A stretch of DNA of 49,360 nucleotides from Octopus bimaculoides (GCF_001194135.2 NC_068996.1:54715647-54765006); one strand, 5' to 3'. Positions 25,556-37,952 are shown, counted from the first letter of the stretch. Notes: a model not told the origin generated them from the letters alone. A program made the numbers and translations.

Positions 25556-25872
25556 GTGTGTGTGCACGCGTGTGCATACATAGAGAGTGAATGGGGGTGC
25601 TGCCAGATAGAGAAGATGGAATGGATTGGAATGAAAAGCTGGGTTTACACAGAGCCAAACCCTTACCTAGAATAAAAGGCAAAGTTACAGAAACATCATC
25701 ATCATCATCATCATCGTTTAACGTCCGCTTTCCATGCTAGCATGGATTGGACGATTTGACTGAGGACTGGTGAAACCGGATGGCTACACCAGGCTCAAAC
25801 ATCAATGATAAAACAATGAAGACCTGAGAAAGGAAGTCCCTCCCTCGGGGAGGCAGGGTAGAGAGGCAGAGC

Positions 25873-25944
25873 ATGAACGTGTGTGCGTGTATGAACGTGT
25901 GTGCGTGTATGAACGTGTGTGCGCGTATGAACGTGTGTGCGTGT
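25873..25944. repeat. 18-bp minisatellite x4 (ATGAACGTGTGTGCGTGT)
   Basis: Units start at 25873, 25891, 25909 and 25927, with one substitution in unit 3. Confidence 0.95.
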
Positions 25945-26474
25945 GTGTACGGGCGCACACGCGGATGCCTGTCTGTAGGTAATAGCGTTCTTTTTGCTAA
26001 AACTTTAAAAATTTTGTTCGGTTTTTGTAATTGTGAAATTTTTTCGCCATGAACGNNNNNNNNNNNNNNNNNNNNNNNNNNNNNNNNNNNNNNNNNNNNN
26101 NNNNNNNNNNNNNNNNNNNNNNNNNNNNNNNNNNNNNNNNNNNNNNNNNNNNNNNNNNNNNNNNNNNNNNNNNNNNNNNNNNNNNNNNNNNNNNNNNNNN
26201 NNNNNNNNNNNNNNNNNNNNNNNNNNNNNNNNNNNNNNNNNNNNNNNNNNNNNNNNNNNNNNNNNNNNNNNNNNNNNNNNNNNNNNNNNNNNNNNNNNNN
26301 NNNNNNNNNNNNNNNNNNNNNNNNNNNNNNNNNNNNNNNNNNNNNNNNNNNNNNNNNNNNNNNNNNNNNNNNNNNNNNNNNNNNNNNNNNNNNNNNNNNN
26401 NNNNNNNNNNNNNNNNNNNNNNNNNNNNNNNNNNNNNNNNNNNNNNNNNNNNNNNNNNNNNNNNNNNNNNNNNN

Positions 26475-26509
<35 letters not shown>

Positions 26510-26512
<3 letters not shown>

Positions 26513-26815
26513 GAAGGGTAAAGACCTCCTTTAGTCATGAATGACCATGGGATTGCATCTAGAAAGTTCAGGCAAGGCTATTTTCATGGAAGGTCAGTAG
26601 TCACCCATGGATACCATCCTCCCCTCTCCACACCACTGATGTCATCCAAGAGAAAGACAAAGGCTGAAACAGCTTAGCACCAGTGACATCGCAGCTCATT
26701 TCTACAGCTGAGTGAACTGGAGCAACGTGAAATAAAGTGTCTTGCTCAAGAACACAACACGCAGCCCAGTCTAGGAATTGAACTCACAATCTTATGATTG
26801 TGAGCCTGACACTAT
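26510..26815 (-). mobile_element. tRNA-derived SINE, further family
   Basis: Reverse B-box-like ctaggaattgaactcac near 26771-26787, and a gtgtcttgctcaagaacacaac core typical of tRNA-SINE bodies. Confidence 0.6.
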
Positions 26816-27342
26816 GTTATATATATTTATCCAAATATCATCACTCGCACACAAAGTATGTGTTTTGTATGTTTGTGGACAGACTGAGACTTTAGGTGCA
26901 AGGGAATATATTCTCATCAATTTGCCTGGTATTAAAACACCAGGGGAAAAATTCAAATATGAATGAGAAGCATTTGTTCCATGATATGAAATGTTGGAAC
27001 ATACCAGCAGATGGTTCTTACATCATTTTGCAGAAAGTCATAGAAGGCGATAGAATGCAGACCTCATTTTGGGTTTGCAGCATTTGAGCGTGATCGTTGC
27101 CAGCATCGCCTTACCAGCACATGTGCCGGTGGCACGTGAAAAAACAACATTCGAGCATGGTCATTGCCAGTGCCGCCGGACTGGCTCCCATGCAGGTAGC
27201 ATGTAAAAATACCTTTTGAGCGTGGTCATTGCCAGAACCGCCTGACTGGCCCTCATGCCAGTGATACATAAAAGCACCCACTACACTCTCAGAATGGTTG
27301 GCATTAGGAGGGGCATCCAGCTGCAGAAATTTTGCCAGATAA

Positions 27343-28111
27343 NNNNNNNNNNNNNNNNNNNNNNNNNNNNNNNNNNNNNNNNNNNNNNNNNNNNNNNNNN
27401 NNNNNNNNNNNNNNNNNNNNNNNNNNNNNNNNNNNNNNNNNNNNNNNNNNNNNNNNNNNNNNNNNNNNNNNNNNNNNNNNNNNNNNNNNNNNNNNNNNNN
27501 NNNNNNNNNNNNNNNNNNNNNNNNNNNNNNNNNNNNNNNNNNNNNNNNNNNNNNNNNNNNNNNNNNNNNNNNNNNNNNNNNNNNNNNNNNNNNNNNNNNN
27601 NNNNNNNNNNNNNNNNNNNNNNNNNNNNNNNNNNNNNNNNNNNNNNNNNNNNNNNNNNNNNNNNNNNNNNNNNNNNNNNNNNNNNNNNNNNNNNNNNNNN
27701 NNNNNNNNNNNNNNNNNNNNNNNNNNNNNNNNNNNNNNNNNNNNNNNNNNNNNNNNNNNNNNNNNNNNNNNNNNNNNNNNNNNNNNNNNNNNNNNNNNNN
27801 NNNNNNNNNNNNNNNNNNNNNNNNNNNNNNNNNNNNNNNNNNNNNNNNNNNNNNNNNNNNNNNNNNNNNNNNNNNNNNNNNNNNNNNNNNNNNNNNNNNN
27901 NNNNNNNNNNNNNNNNNNNNNNNNNNNNNNNNNNNNNNNNNNNNNNNNNNNNNNNNNNNNNNNNNNNNNNNNNNNNNNNNNNNNNNNNNNNNNNNNNNNN
28001 NNNNNNNNNNNNNNNNNNNNNNNNNNNNNNNNNNNNNNNNNNNNNNNNNNNNNNNNNNNNNNNNNNNNNNNNNNNNNNNNNNNNNNNNNNNNNNNNNNNN
28101 NNNNNNNNNNN
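27343..28111. other. Assembly gap (largest of ~13 N-runs)
   Basis: Other gaps: 15429-15743, 18727-18826, 21652-21710, 23915-24140, 26056-26474, 32817-32928, 33751-33843, 45104-45178, 47031-47568, plus three of ~10 nt. Exons could be hidden in them. Confidence 1.
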
Positions 28112-29084
28112 NTATATATATATATATTTACACTCATATATAAATGCACATATATACACATACATGTGTGTGTGTGTGTATGTGTATGCATGTTTGCAAG
28201 CTTGTATAATGTTTCCCTATCATAATATCTTTCCCTCCAATGAGATTTCAGATCTTAACATTCTTTTGTCTCCATGCTCTGATTGCTCTTCTTCCACCAC
28301 CTCCACCAACATCCATTCACACTTCTGCCTCCTCCTACACCTTCTCTCTTAATGTTATAATGTTTCTTCACACTCACACTCCCAATAAACACCAATAAAT
28401 GCTTTAAATATTTTATCTCCTTCCTGTGAACAATTTTGCCCTAAATGTTATATCTCTAATACATGACATTTTATTTCAGCTTCAACTCCACAGCAAGTTT
28501 TGGGAGTTTTTTCCCTGATCAGAAACCCTATTCCTGCCTCCTCATTTTCTTGTTATTTTCTTTCTTTCTATTTTTTATTTCTTTTTTATTATTTCCATTT
28601 ATAGATTTTCCCAAACTAATTAGACTTCTCTTCATCTTCACAACAAAATAACTTACTGTACCTTGTGAAATTGTGTATGGAGTTGATATTCTAGTCAATT
28701 AATCAATTAAATAGTGGCAGAAATGAGCAAGACACAGCAATATCATTATAAGCTGTGACCTAAAAGGGGTCACAAGCAGCTAGAGATGCCTCAAATTGAT
28801 CGACAATATCTTTTAGATAAGATTTAGATAAAATTTATACAAGACAGAATTAGCTGGGGAAAAACAGTTTGGATTTGTGCAAGACCATAAAATCAAAGAT
28901 ATACCATTACCAGTGAGATAACTGCAAGTGTTCTTACCTTAAAATAAATTACTCTATAAAATGTTATCAGATAATTTCAACATGCACAAGAAAAATGCTT
29001 GCATAGCTGACAATCACTGTAAACCAGAATGTTAAGTTTGTCTACAAATAGGCTTTATCTACATAGATATTGTAACATTGTTTG

Positions 29085-29450
29085 AAAAAACTCAGTGGTT
29101 TTTGACAGCTGATGAATACAAGCAACATGTCAGCATCAAATTTTGCATGAGACTTGGCAAGTCTGCAAACAAAATACTCAAAATTTTCCACCAGATTCTT
29201 GGCAAACATTCATTTGGTCTAATACATGTTTTTGAGTGGCACACACATATAATGTCCTAGCTGAGTGCTAGTTCAAGACAATGGGTGTTCAGGACAATCA
29301 ATTGCTAGAAAAATGCTCAAAAATGTGGAAAAGGTTTGCAATTTCATCCATGAGGATTGGGATTGTGCAGAACAATCCAATTCTTTCACATACCTAGAAT
29401 CAATAATGGAATCAGCCAGGAATTTCTTAGGGAAACCTGAACATGCATCA
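29085..29450 (+). mobile_element. Decayed mariner transposase 5' fragment
   Basis: QHVSIKFCMRLGKSANKILKIFHQILGKHSFGLIHVFEWH, followed by a degenerate second HTH region. Confidence 0.7.
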
Positions 29451-29769
29451 TAATAATGCAAAGTTAGGAACATTCTGTGTACATTCCCAAGAGGACTATT
29501 TCAAAAGGAATATGAAATACTGGTATACTTTTCTCTAGACCTGGTTCAGGGAGGTCTTATAATTTGCATTCCATTGACTTGAAAAAGGATCCTAACAAAG
29601 TGCCATATTCTGCAGTCTGATTGGTGCTAAAGACACTAGGTGTAGATGAATGGTATCAGAAAGCCTATACAAAATATATGCTACTTCTGTTAGGTTAGGA
29701 TTAGAAGAGAGAGAGGAATTTACATAAAGATAGTTCTCTTGGGATCCTAGTTAATTTCATTAGTTTATC

Positions 29770-30800
29770 ATCCTCATCATCATCATCATCATCATCATCA
29801 TTCACATTTTACATCAACTTTCCAAGCTGGCATGGGTTAGACAGACCACCACAGCTAGATTAAGCACATCTTCAGAAGTATTGCTCACTTAGACAGATCA
29901 GAGGGATCACATATTATTTGCATTTCAATTTTAACTTGATTTCTACAGTTAAATACCCTTACTAACACCAGTCACCAGTCACAGAATGTACTGGATGCCT
30001 TTTAGCCATGGCACAAGCACTAAAGAAGTGTCACGTCTTCAACAAGACTAAAGGATCCTTACAACCTTACACTTTACAGAGTGTGCTGGGTGTGTTTTTC
30101 ATGGCATCGGCACTAGTAGGCTAGTCTTGTCCTCAAGATGAATAAAGAAACATCACAACTCCATGTCTCTGCTTGCTTACCAACCTCTTTAGAGAGTGAA
30201 CAGTGTTAAGAAAGATATGTTATGGGAGAATGACTGACAGAGATACCAACTATTCTGAGATATGTATGTATATTCAAGGCAACATGACAAAGAGCACAAG
30301 GTGATGATAGATACTCAAGATGTATGGGGATGGCAGGAGCAAGTGCATGATGGCAGAGTGAGGACAGGGAGTACAGGAGTGGAGTGTGAAGGTAGAGTGT
30401 ACTGGGCACAAGTGATCTAATGTAGCCTTCTATATACAGGCTTTGAGATGGGCCAAAGAAGCCACATGATGGGAATAGTGGTAGTAGAAAAGGAAAGTAA
30501 CTGGTTCCTCTGCGATTGAACACATGTTGGGTCTGGCATCAGTGAATGGCACAAATGAGAGCGAGTGAGAGCTTCAGATGATCAGTACAATCCTTTGTTA
30601 CACTGAGAGCAATGTAAGGTGGACAGAAAGATTCACAAACAATTTAAGCATATTACAGACAGACTGATTAGAGAAGAGGACAATAGAGAATTGAACACTA
30701 GAAACATTGGTGCAGGAGATATGAGTAATAAACAGTAGTAAAGGGGTATGTGATAAGGGAGAGAAGTGATGGCCATGGGGAAGTGAGAGGGATGCTAGAC
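29770..30800 (-). mobile_element. Old RTE-subfamily 3' UTR with (CAT)n tail
   Basis: Starts at the (CAT)n tail plus tttacatcaactttccaagctggcatgggttagac. The purine-rich plus strand resembles 48160-48780. Confidence 0.5.
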
Positions 30801-31269
30801 AGGAAAAAACACTATCAAAGAAGCCACCAATGCATACTTCACAATATGCATTCACACACACACATACATGATTCTATCCAAAGGGGTTTTTCAAACCAAT
30901 ATTTACATGCTATTTATTTATAGCTTTATGTAAGGTGGCAAGCAGGCAGAATCATTGCCATGCTGAACAAAGGGCATGGCAGCATTTTGTCCATCTTCAT
31001 ATTCGGAGTTCAAATGCTGCTGAGGTTGCCTTTGCCTTTCATCCTTTCAGGATCAATACAATAAGCACCAGTTGAGTGCTGGGGGTCAATGTAATTAACT
31101 TCCCTCTCATCTCAAAGATTGCTGGTTCTGTGCCAAAATTTAAGACCATTATTTAAAGCTTATGTGTGCTGTGAAATCATTATTTCAAAAAAGTATATAT
31201 ATAGAACAACTATTATGACACCTGTTACCAAACATTCACGGGACCCTTCTTTTCAGGGGCTGAATAACA

Positions 31270-32445
31270 TCTCTCCTTCCTCTGTTACCTCCCATATCTC
31301 ATTCCCAGTTTTCAGAGTTGGCACTCTAAATGTAGGCACATTGAATGGTAGGTTTAGGGAGATTGAACAGATGCTTGAATGGAGACGTGTTGATGTATGT
31401 TGCGTACAAGAGGTAAGATGGAAAGGAGCTTCTGCCAGAGTCCTCACAGGCAAAACACATAGGTATAAACTCTTCTGGGAAGGTAACAGTGATGGAATAG
31501 GAGGTGTGGGCATACTTCTTGCAGAGAAATGGGTGGATAAGGTTGTATGGGTAGTAAGGGTGTGCGATAGAGTACTTATACTCAGGTTAGTCTTGCAGAA
31601 TGGTACAGCTACAATTATCTCTGCCTACGCCCCACAAATGGGCCTACCAAATGAACAGAAGGATCACTTTTATGATATTCTTCAGCAGGCTACCTTAAAG
31701 ACAAGTGATAATGATCTCATCTTTGTGGCTGGAGATTTTAATGGGCATGCCAGACAGCAATCTGGTATCTTCCATGCTGTACATGGAGGCCATGGAGTTG
31801 GTACCAGATATGAAAGGGGCACTAGGCTCCTGGAGTTCTGCAATACAAATAACCTACTGATCTGCAACGCCAACTTCAGGAAGCCAACTAACCACCTGAT
31901 AACCAATCAATCAGGTGACTCTGCTAGCCAGATTGATTTCATTATCATCAGACAGTAGGATGAATGGTTGCACTTAAATACAAAGACCCTCCCCGGTGAA
32001 GAATGTACCCCATAACATAGACTAGTTATTAATGACTTTAGACTCGAGGCCAGAAGGATGCTAAAAAGTAGACCAATCTGGAAAAGAAGGACAACGAAGC
32101 TTAGGAACCCTTCACATGGTCAGAGATTTAGGGATATCCTCATTGAGAAATTTGATGATAGGGAGGAGGAGCTACAATCCTGTGACATAGAAGGCAGCTG
32201 GGAATTCTTGTGAGACAGCTTGCTGAGTGCCACAGACTAAATCTGTGGCTGGTGCAAAGTCCCTTCCAGATCTAGGGTAACATGGTGTGGAACAATATTG
32301 TAGACAGGGCCATTAGAGCAAAGAAACAGTCCTGGAATACCTGGAAGAGTTGGAGGTAGCAGGAGAATGTATCAGATAGCCAGAAGGGAAGCTAAGAGAC
32401 AGGAATTTATAGCCAAGGGAGTAGCAGAAAAGAAGAAGTTTGCCA
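31270..32445 (+). mobile_element. RTE-type LINE 5' part: APE endonuclease domain and linker (pseudogenised)
   Basis: ORF 31119-31958 contains GTLNVGTL, CCVQEVRWKG, GVGILLAEKWVDKV, IISAYAPQ, VAGDFNGH, LLICNANFRK and SQIDFI, all canonical APE motifs. Confidence 0.92.
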
Positions 32446-32446
32446 T

Positions 32447-33290
32447 TGTAGAAACAATGCTTTCAGAGCATACCCCACCATTGCTAATTTGGTCACCTAG
32501 GTAACGAGAATCTATCCACAACCTCAAGAGAGCCTCTGGGGCATTTGAGAGAGACAAAGTCTCATGTGCTCTTAGTGCTTATTGTTCCTGCACGTCTGCC
32601 ACATACAAAGATGACTTTATCTGTTAATCTACCTATGATTCCACTGGACCTCTTATGTGTCTATAGCTTACACTGGGTGCAGTGAATGGATTTTCTTCCA
32701 ACTCCTTTCCTACATATTGAGCAGGGTCATTTACCCGATGGAAAGAGAGTTTTATCTTCTTTCTTAACAACAACTTTGGTCTTTGCTAGGTTAACTTTAA
32801 GGCCCTTTGATTCCGGNNNNNNNNNNNNNNNNNNNNNNNNNNNNNNNNNNNNNNNNNNNNNNNNNNNNNNNNNNNNNNNNNNNNNNNNNNNNNNNNNNNN
32901 NNNNNNNNNNNNNNNNNNNNNNNNNNNNGCAGTTCCCACGGGCACCCAGTTTTGAATTCCTCTGTTATGGCCTGGAGGACTATAATGAATAAGGGTGGGC
33001 TGAAAACTGAGCCCTGGCGAGCCCCTACCTGAACACTAAATTCATCACTGTATTCAAGGCTGATTCTCACCTTACTGACAGCACCACTGTACATGGCTTG
33101 TACAGCTCTAACAAGCTACTCCTCTACTCTTGAATTCCTTAGAGACCACCATACAACAGAGCCGGGAACTCTGTCAAAAGTTTTCTCCAGGTCAACAAAG
33201 GCTAAGTACAATGGCTTACTTTTGGCCAAGTATTTTTCCTGGGGTTGTCTCACTAGGAAGATGGCATCTGTGATGAAGTCACAAAACTGG
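32447..33290 (-). mobile_element. RTE RT middle segment in inverted orientation
   Basis: Minus-strand text TDAIFLVRQ.QEKYLAK.KPLYLAFVDLEKTFDRVP...GARQGSVFSPPLFIIVLQAITEEFKTGCPWEL...YLGDQISNGGVCSESI. Confidence 0.9.
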
Positions 33291-33727
33291 AACCTGTACT
33301 GGTGGCATGTAAAAAACACTTTCAAGCATTGGGCCTCACAGGGGCAATGATGGTTGATACTGGTGTTGTGCAACTAGCACTTATGCTGGTAGCACATAAA
33401 AGGCACCTTTTAAGTGCCAGGACTCCTGGAGGCAAAGACAAATGACCAAGACCTTTGGCAGAATGACATGCTTGAAAAGAAGTCTCATCAAGTCAAGTGA
33501 AATCATAGTCATGGCAGATATTGGTGTTATGCAAACTGACACCTGTGCCAGTGGCATGTAAAAGCACTCATTACACTCTCAGAGTGGTTGGTATCAGAAA
33601 ATGCATCCAGTCGTAGATACCATGCCAAATCAGACTCTGGAGTCTAGTGCAGCCCCTCAGCTTACCAGCCCTTGTCAAACCATCTAACCCATGCCAGTAT
33701 GGACAATGGACATTAAATGATGATGAC
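33290..33727 (+). mobile_element. RTE-family 3' UTR and tail
   Basis: Ends cccatgccagtatggacaatggacattaaatgatgatgac. Confidence 0.8.
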
Positions 33728-33887
33728 ATATATATATATATATATATATANNNNNNNNNNNNNNNNNNNNNNNNNNNNNNNNNNNNNNNNNNNNNNNNNN
33801 NNNNNNNNNNNNNNNNNNNNNNNNNNNNNNNNNNNNNNNNNNNATATATAGATAGATAGATAGATATATTTGGATATATATATTTGG

Positions 33888-33918
<31 letters not shown>

Positions 33919-34074
33919 TATATGGTGTTAGGAAGGGCATCCAGCCATAGAAACTCTGCCAGATCAGATTGGAGCCTGGTGCAGCTATCTGGTTCGCCAG
34001 TCCTCAGTGAAATCGTCCAACCCATGCTAGCATGGAAAGCAGACATTAAACGATGATGATGATGAAAATGATCA

Positions 34075-36363
34075 TCATCATCATTGTCATCGATTAACGT
34101 TTGTTTTCCTTGCTGGCATGGGTTGGACGATTTGACTGAGGATTGGCAAACCAGATGGCTCCAATCTGGTCTGGCAAAACTTCTACAGCTGGATGCCCTT
34201 CCTAACGCCAGCCACTCCAAGAGTGTAGTGGGTACTTTTACATGCCACCAGCACAGGAGCCAGTAAGTGGGTACTGGCATTGGTCACAATCAGTTGGTGC
34301 TTTTTATGTGCCACCAGTACAGGAGCCAATCAGGCGGACCTACCATCTGCCACCTTTGGACGGTGCCTTTTATGTGCCATCAGCACGGGAACCAGCCATG
34401 GGCACCAGCCCCAGCTATAATGTTGGTATTACTTGACTCAACAGGCCTTCTCAAGCATATCATATCACCCTACACATCAGGGGCATTCTTAACAGGTCTG
34501 GACATGTGTGGCTGCCATCTCACTTTAGTTGCCGGGTCTTCTCAATCACAGTGTATCTCCAAAGGTCCTGGTCTCCTGTCATTGCCTCTGTGAAGCCCAA
34601 TGTTCAAAGGTCATGCTTCACCACCTCATCCCAGGTCTTCCTGGATCTACCTCTTCTACAGGTTCCTTCTTCAGTTAGGGAGTGGCACTTCCTTACACAG
34701 CTGTCTTCATTCATATGTAACAAATGGCCATACCAGCACAGTCGTCTCTCTTGCACACCACATCTGATGCTTCTTAAATCCAACTTTTCTCTCAGGGCGT
34801 TTACACTCTGTCGTGTATGCACACTGACATTACACATCCAGCAGATCATACTAGCTTCATTTCTTTCGAGCCCACACATGTCCTCAGCATTCATGGCCCA
34901 TGTTTCACTGCCATGTAGCATGGCAGTTCGTATACATGCATCATACAGTTTACCTTTCACCCTGAGCGAGAGGCCTTTAATTGTCAGCAGAGGTAGGAGC
35001 TCCCTGAACTTTGGCCAGGCTATTCTCACTCTAGTCGCTATACTCTCAGAGAAACCACCCCTACCACAGACTTAGTTGCCTAGGTAACAGAAGCTATTAA
35101 CCACTTCTAGTTTCTTTCCCTGGCATGTAATGGAATTGCCCCAGTGCATCTGCCACACAAAAACTATTTTCCCAGTTAACCTTCCTTTGATATTGGTGCA
35201 CCTTTTATGTGTTCATAGCTTACACCAGGTACATCGTATGTAGTTTCTACCCAGGCCTTTTCTACAGATCAAGCAGGGCCATCTACCTGAAGGGATTTGT
35301 GATTTGACAGCCTTCCTACTTATTAGGACTTTGGTTTTAGATAGGTTGACTCTAAATCCCTTCGATTCTAGTCCTTGCTTCCACACCTGAAACTTTTCCT
35401 CTAGTTCTGGTAGTGACTCAGCAATTAGAGCAAGGTGATTAGCATAGAGGAGCTCCCAGGGGCAACCTGTCTTGAATTCCTCTGTTATTGTCTGGAGGAC
35501 TATGATGAATAAGAGAGAGATGAGGACTGATCTTTACTGGACCCCTATTTCTACTTGGAATTCTTCACTCTACTCATTGCCAACCTTCACCTTACTGACA
35601 GCGTCCCTGTACAGAGCTTGTGCAGCTCTTACAAGTCACTCGTCTATTCCCAGTGTTCACATTGACCACCAGATAAGGGATTGGGGGAACCTGTCAAAGG
35701 CTTTCTCCAAGTAAGCAAAAACCAAGTACCAAGGTTTATCCTTGGCTAGGTATTTCTCCTGCAGTTGCCTTACCAGAAATATAGCATCATTGGTGCTTCT
35801 CCCTAGCACAAAACCAAACTGCATCTCATCTAGGCTAACTCTCTCCCTAATTAGTTGGGCTATGACCCTCTCTGTAACTTTCATCCCTTGATCCAATAAT
35901 CTGATACCCCTGTAGTTGTTTCTATCTAAAGCATTATCTTTCCCCTTTGTAGCAATTGACTATGGTGCTGTTATACCAGTCATTGGGTATGACCCCTTCA
36001 TGAACCACCTGATTTACGATGCAGGTAACAAGACCATAACCCACACTGCACGATATTTTAAGCATCTCAGCAGTGATTCCTGATGGGCCAAGTGCTTTCC
36101 CTGTCTTCATATCCTTAATTGCTTTATGTACCTGGGTACTGTCGATTTGGATAGCTGGTCCCTCAATTGGGTCAACCTTTGGCAGACTCTCCTCCTCCCA
36201 TTCATTCTCCACATTCAGCAGTCTTTCATAATGGCTTCTCCAAGCCTCTTTCTTTGCAGAATCATTAAACACAAGGGCACCATCATCCATTTCTCTCCTA
36301 TGACATCATGGTTTTCTCTCACACACTGTCTTGCAATCCAGAATACTTCAGTTCTCTGGTCCT
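34075..36363 (-). mobile_element. 5'-truncated RTE-type LINE, ~2.3 kb, RT disabled
   Basis: ORFs 35934-36290, 35657-35896 and 34604-35029 give KAPGPSGI-like, MQFGFV.GRSTNDAIF, LEKAFDR and MLHGSETW motifs. The YADD position reads YANH. Complete 3' UTR and (CAT)n tail. Confidence 0.92.
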
Positions 36364-37952
36364 CAAGTTGCTGAACATTGAGTACAGTGAAGAATTCAGG
36401 GTACAAGTAGGGGTTCGCCAAGGATCAGTGCTCAGCTCCCTCTTGTTCATCATAGTCCTCCAGGCAATAACAGAGCTGCCCATGGGTATTCAAGACAGGC
36501 TGCACATGGGAGCTCCTCTATGCTGATGACCTTGTTCTAATAGCTGAATCACTACCAGAACTAGAGAAGAAGTTCCAGGTATGGAAACAAGGTCTAGAAT
36601 CAAAGGGCCTTAGAGTTAACCATGCAAAAACCAAAGTCTTAGTAAGTAGGATGGCAGACAAATCACAAATCCCTTCAGACAGATGGCCCTACTCGATAGT
36701 AGATAGAAACTCTGTAAGACGCACCCAGTGTAGGCTTTGAACACATAAAAGGTGCACCAATATCAGAAGAAAGTTAACAGGGAAACTAGCTTTTGTATGT
36801 GAAAGATGCACAGGTGCAATAAACACTGAAAATGTGCAGAAAATAGATTCCTTCAGCTGTCGGGGGTGGGGGGAAAGCTAGATGTAGTAGATAGCTTCCG
36901 TTATCTAGGTGACCAAGTTAGTAGCAGAGGTGGATGCACCAAGAGTGTTGTAGCTTTGAGAATAAGATTAGGCTGGGCAAGGTTCAGAGAGCTCCTACCT
37001 CTGCTAGCAACAAAGGGCCTCTCTCTCTCAGAGTGAAAGGCAGATTGTATGATGCCTTTGTGTGAACAGCTATACTACACAGCAGTGAAGCATGAACTGT
37101 GACAGCCAAGGACATGTGTAAGCTTGAAAGAAATGAAGTCAGTATGCTTCGCTGGACATGCAATGTCAGTGTGCATGTTCAACAGAATATAAGCATCTTG
37201 AGAGAAAAGTTAGGCATAAGAGGCATCAGATGTGGTGTGCAAGAGAGACGATTGTGCTGATATGGTCATGTGATACGTATGGATGAGGACAGTTGTGTAA
37301 AGAAGTGCCGATCTGTAACTGTGGAGGGAACCTGTGATAGAGGTTAACCCAGGAAGACATGGGGCGAGGTACTGAATCATGATCTTCAAACTTTGAGCCT
37401 CACAGAGTCAATGACTGGTGACCGAAACCTTTGGCAATGAGCTGTGCTTGAGAGGATCCAGCAAGCCAAGTGAAATCATAGTTGTGGTAACTGGCACCCA
37501 TGCTGGTGGCACGTAAAGAAAACTTTTCGAGCGCAGGGCCTCAAGGAGGCAAAGTGGCTGAGTTCCTTTCCAGCATTGGGCCTCATTGAGGCAAGCAACT
37601 GACCTTCTTTTGCGTGTTGGGCCTCATGGAGGCAATGACCGAAACTTTTAGCATTATGTCATGCTTGAGAAGAAGGCCCATGAAGCCAAGCAAAATCACA
37701 GTCGTGGCAGATACTGGTGTCATGCAAAAAGCACCCTAGTGTCATGCAAATGGCACTTGTGCCGGTGGCACATAAAGGTACCCATTACACTCTCGGAGTG
37801 GCTAGAGTTAAGAAGGGCATCCAGCCAAAGAAAACCATGCCAAATCAGACTGGAGTCTGGTGCAAACTTTCAGTGTGCCAGCCTGGTCAAATTGTCCAAC
37901 TCATGCCAACATGGACAATGGACATTAAATGATGATGATGATGATGATGATG
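36364..37952 (+). mobile_element. 5'-truncated RTE-type LINE, ~1.6 kb
   Basis: YSEEFRVQVGVRQGSVLSSLLF, YADD at 36519-36530, then the RT C-terminus and 3' UTR ending in (GAT)n. Confidence 0.92.

Noticed and set aside
25873-25944. CRISPR-like array
   Set aside because: Contiguous tandem units with no spacers, in a eukaryotic context with no cas genes.
27255-28352. Long ORFs of 290-365 aa in the track (also 15316-15857, 23815-24176, 26033-26534, 46958-47772)
   Set aside because: They are read-through of N gaps.
31119-31958. 279-aa ORF as a host or domesticated endonuclease gene
   Set aside because: It is the APE domain of an RTE LINE. The N-terminal part is read-through from a SINE, and the frame is broken straight after the domain. 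No sign of domestication.
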